From Tubulanus polymorphus (lineage: Eukaryota > Animalia > Nemertea), in assembly GCF_964204645.1 (NCBI RefSeq), contig NC_134032.1, positions 3,930,175 through 3,994,174 on the forward strand: 64,000 bases of DNA. Direction: 5' to 3'. This document shows positions 63,027 to 64,000 of the stretch, in pieces (within the stretch, counting starts at the first letter, position 1; the number at the start of each line of letters is the position of its first letter). Below the pieces are notes generated by a model. That model saw nothing but the letters and a program-made list of their open reading frames with translations. It made no database searches and had not been told where the DNA came from. A program made the translations under genes and the position numbers.

Positions 63027-63638
63027 ATGGATAGGCTTTGGTTACAGCCCCCGTTCAACATGATTGTGTCGGGGCAAACGAACTGCGGAAAAACGCACTA
63101 CGTGCTCGACCTCCTACAATCTGTCTATCGCAGCAAATTCCACAATATAGTGATTTTCTGCCCGACTTTCCTCGAGAACACCACCTACGATAGATCGTTT
63201 GTGATGAAGGACCCCAATATCTTCGTCATGAACCCGGGTTCGGTGTTAAACGACCTAGACGGTTTGCTTTCCACGTGCACCAAAGTATACGGCGATCCTC
63301 ATTGTCAAACTCTGTTTCTTATAGACGACTGTGCCAACTTGAGGGATACTAAAACCAAGTCGTCCGAATTGACGAAACTCGCGTTCTCGGGCCGTCATCT
63401 GAATATCTCAGTGTGGGTGCTCACTCAAAAATACAACGCCGTTGTGAAAGATTTCCGAGAAAACCTGAGAATGTTAGTCCTGTACCACCAAAAAGACGAG
63501 GATGGTTTAAAGGATGCTCTGCGTGAAAACAACATCGTCCCGAAAACCAAAAGGGAACGTGTGATCGCAGATCTCTCTGCTAGGAATCGGGCCCGTCTCG
63601 TCATGCGCCTCGAGTATCCATTCGCCTACGGGGTTTAA
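63027..63638 (+). CDS. A32/FtsK-HerA packaging ATPase
   Basis: GQTNCGKT, LFLIDD, SGRH; 203 aa like 54981..55592. Confidence 0.93.
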   Translation: MDRLWLQPPFNMIVSGQTNCGKTHYVLDLLQSVYRSKFHNIVIFCPTFLENTTYDRSFVMKDPNIFVMNPGSVLNDLDGLLSTCTKVYGDPHCQTLFLIDDCANLRDTKTKSSELTKLAFSGRHLNISVWVLTQKYNAVVKDFRENLRMLVLYHQKDEDGLKDALRENNIVPKTKRERVIADLSARNRARLVMRLEYPFAYGV

Positions 63639-63666
63639 ATTTTGGACGACTAACATATAGCGAACA

Positions 63667-64000
63667 TGGACGAAGTCTACGACGAACTACTGAGTGACAT
63701 TGGGTTGGATGTAGAATCACCCGAAGACGACGAGTCGGAAGGGCGCAGGCAGCTACTTGTCGGGCTTTCTCAGAGCGGGTTGCTTGCAAAAATAGGTATC
63801 AAGAAATCCGAAGGTCAACTTAAGAAGATGAACTCAAAAGCGCTCGAACGGGTGTGGACGGAGTACGAAAACCGTTATTCCGCCGCGGTTTCCGACAGTC
63901 TGATCAACAGCATACTCTACGGTTATTCCAAGCTCTGCAAGTGGTTCAGACCTAACGTAGACACAGAACAGCTAAACAAGGAGTTGACTGAAAACTTTGT
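63667..64000 (+). CDS. Conserved Polinton protein, partial at the window edge
   Basis: Open frame MDEVYDELLSDIG..YGYSKLCKWF; homolog of 56913-57507. Confidence 0.75.

Larger units (their letters stand above)
61925..64000 (+). mobile_element. Second, more GC-rich Polinton lineage (continues beyond the window)
   Basis: MCP, ATPase and conserved ORF co-oriented; abrupt change in base composition and codon usage. Confidence 0.9.

Overview
AT-rich eukaryotic genomic DNA from an invertebrate animal (a marine lophotrochozoan is likely, by inference only); there is no prokaryotic operon or CRISPR array. The window is dominated by Polinton/Maverick (adintovirus-like) endogenous DNA viruses. One nearly complete but decaying ~16 kb copy (about 42.4-58.2 kb) carries protein-primed PolB, penton, several membrane proteins, major capsid protein, packaging ATPase, rve integrase and an HNH nuclease. 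At least four relics related to it lie at 0.3, 8.7, 12.4-15.3 and 19.4-20.3 kb, and a distinct, more GC-rich lineage starts at 61.9 kb. Host genes are three intact intronless class A GPCRs, a GPCR pseudogene, an opsin pseudogene, and two spliced secreted phospholipase A2 genes made by a ~5-6 kb segmental duplication. The rest is nested transposons (Helentron-type HINEs; Harbinger-, MULE- and IS3EU-type MITEs; Copia, BEL/Pao, CR1/L2 and Penelope relics) and a 20-bp satellite. Most notable observation: 12 of 15 gene starts in the large element sit in an exact TAAATG, most structural genes behind a T-tract, while polB, the putative SSB gene and the integrase use variant starts. This resembles poxvirus late/intermediate promoter grammar in an element with no RNA polymerase, and suggests a virophage-like parasite of a cytoplasmic large DNA virus.
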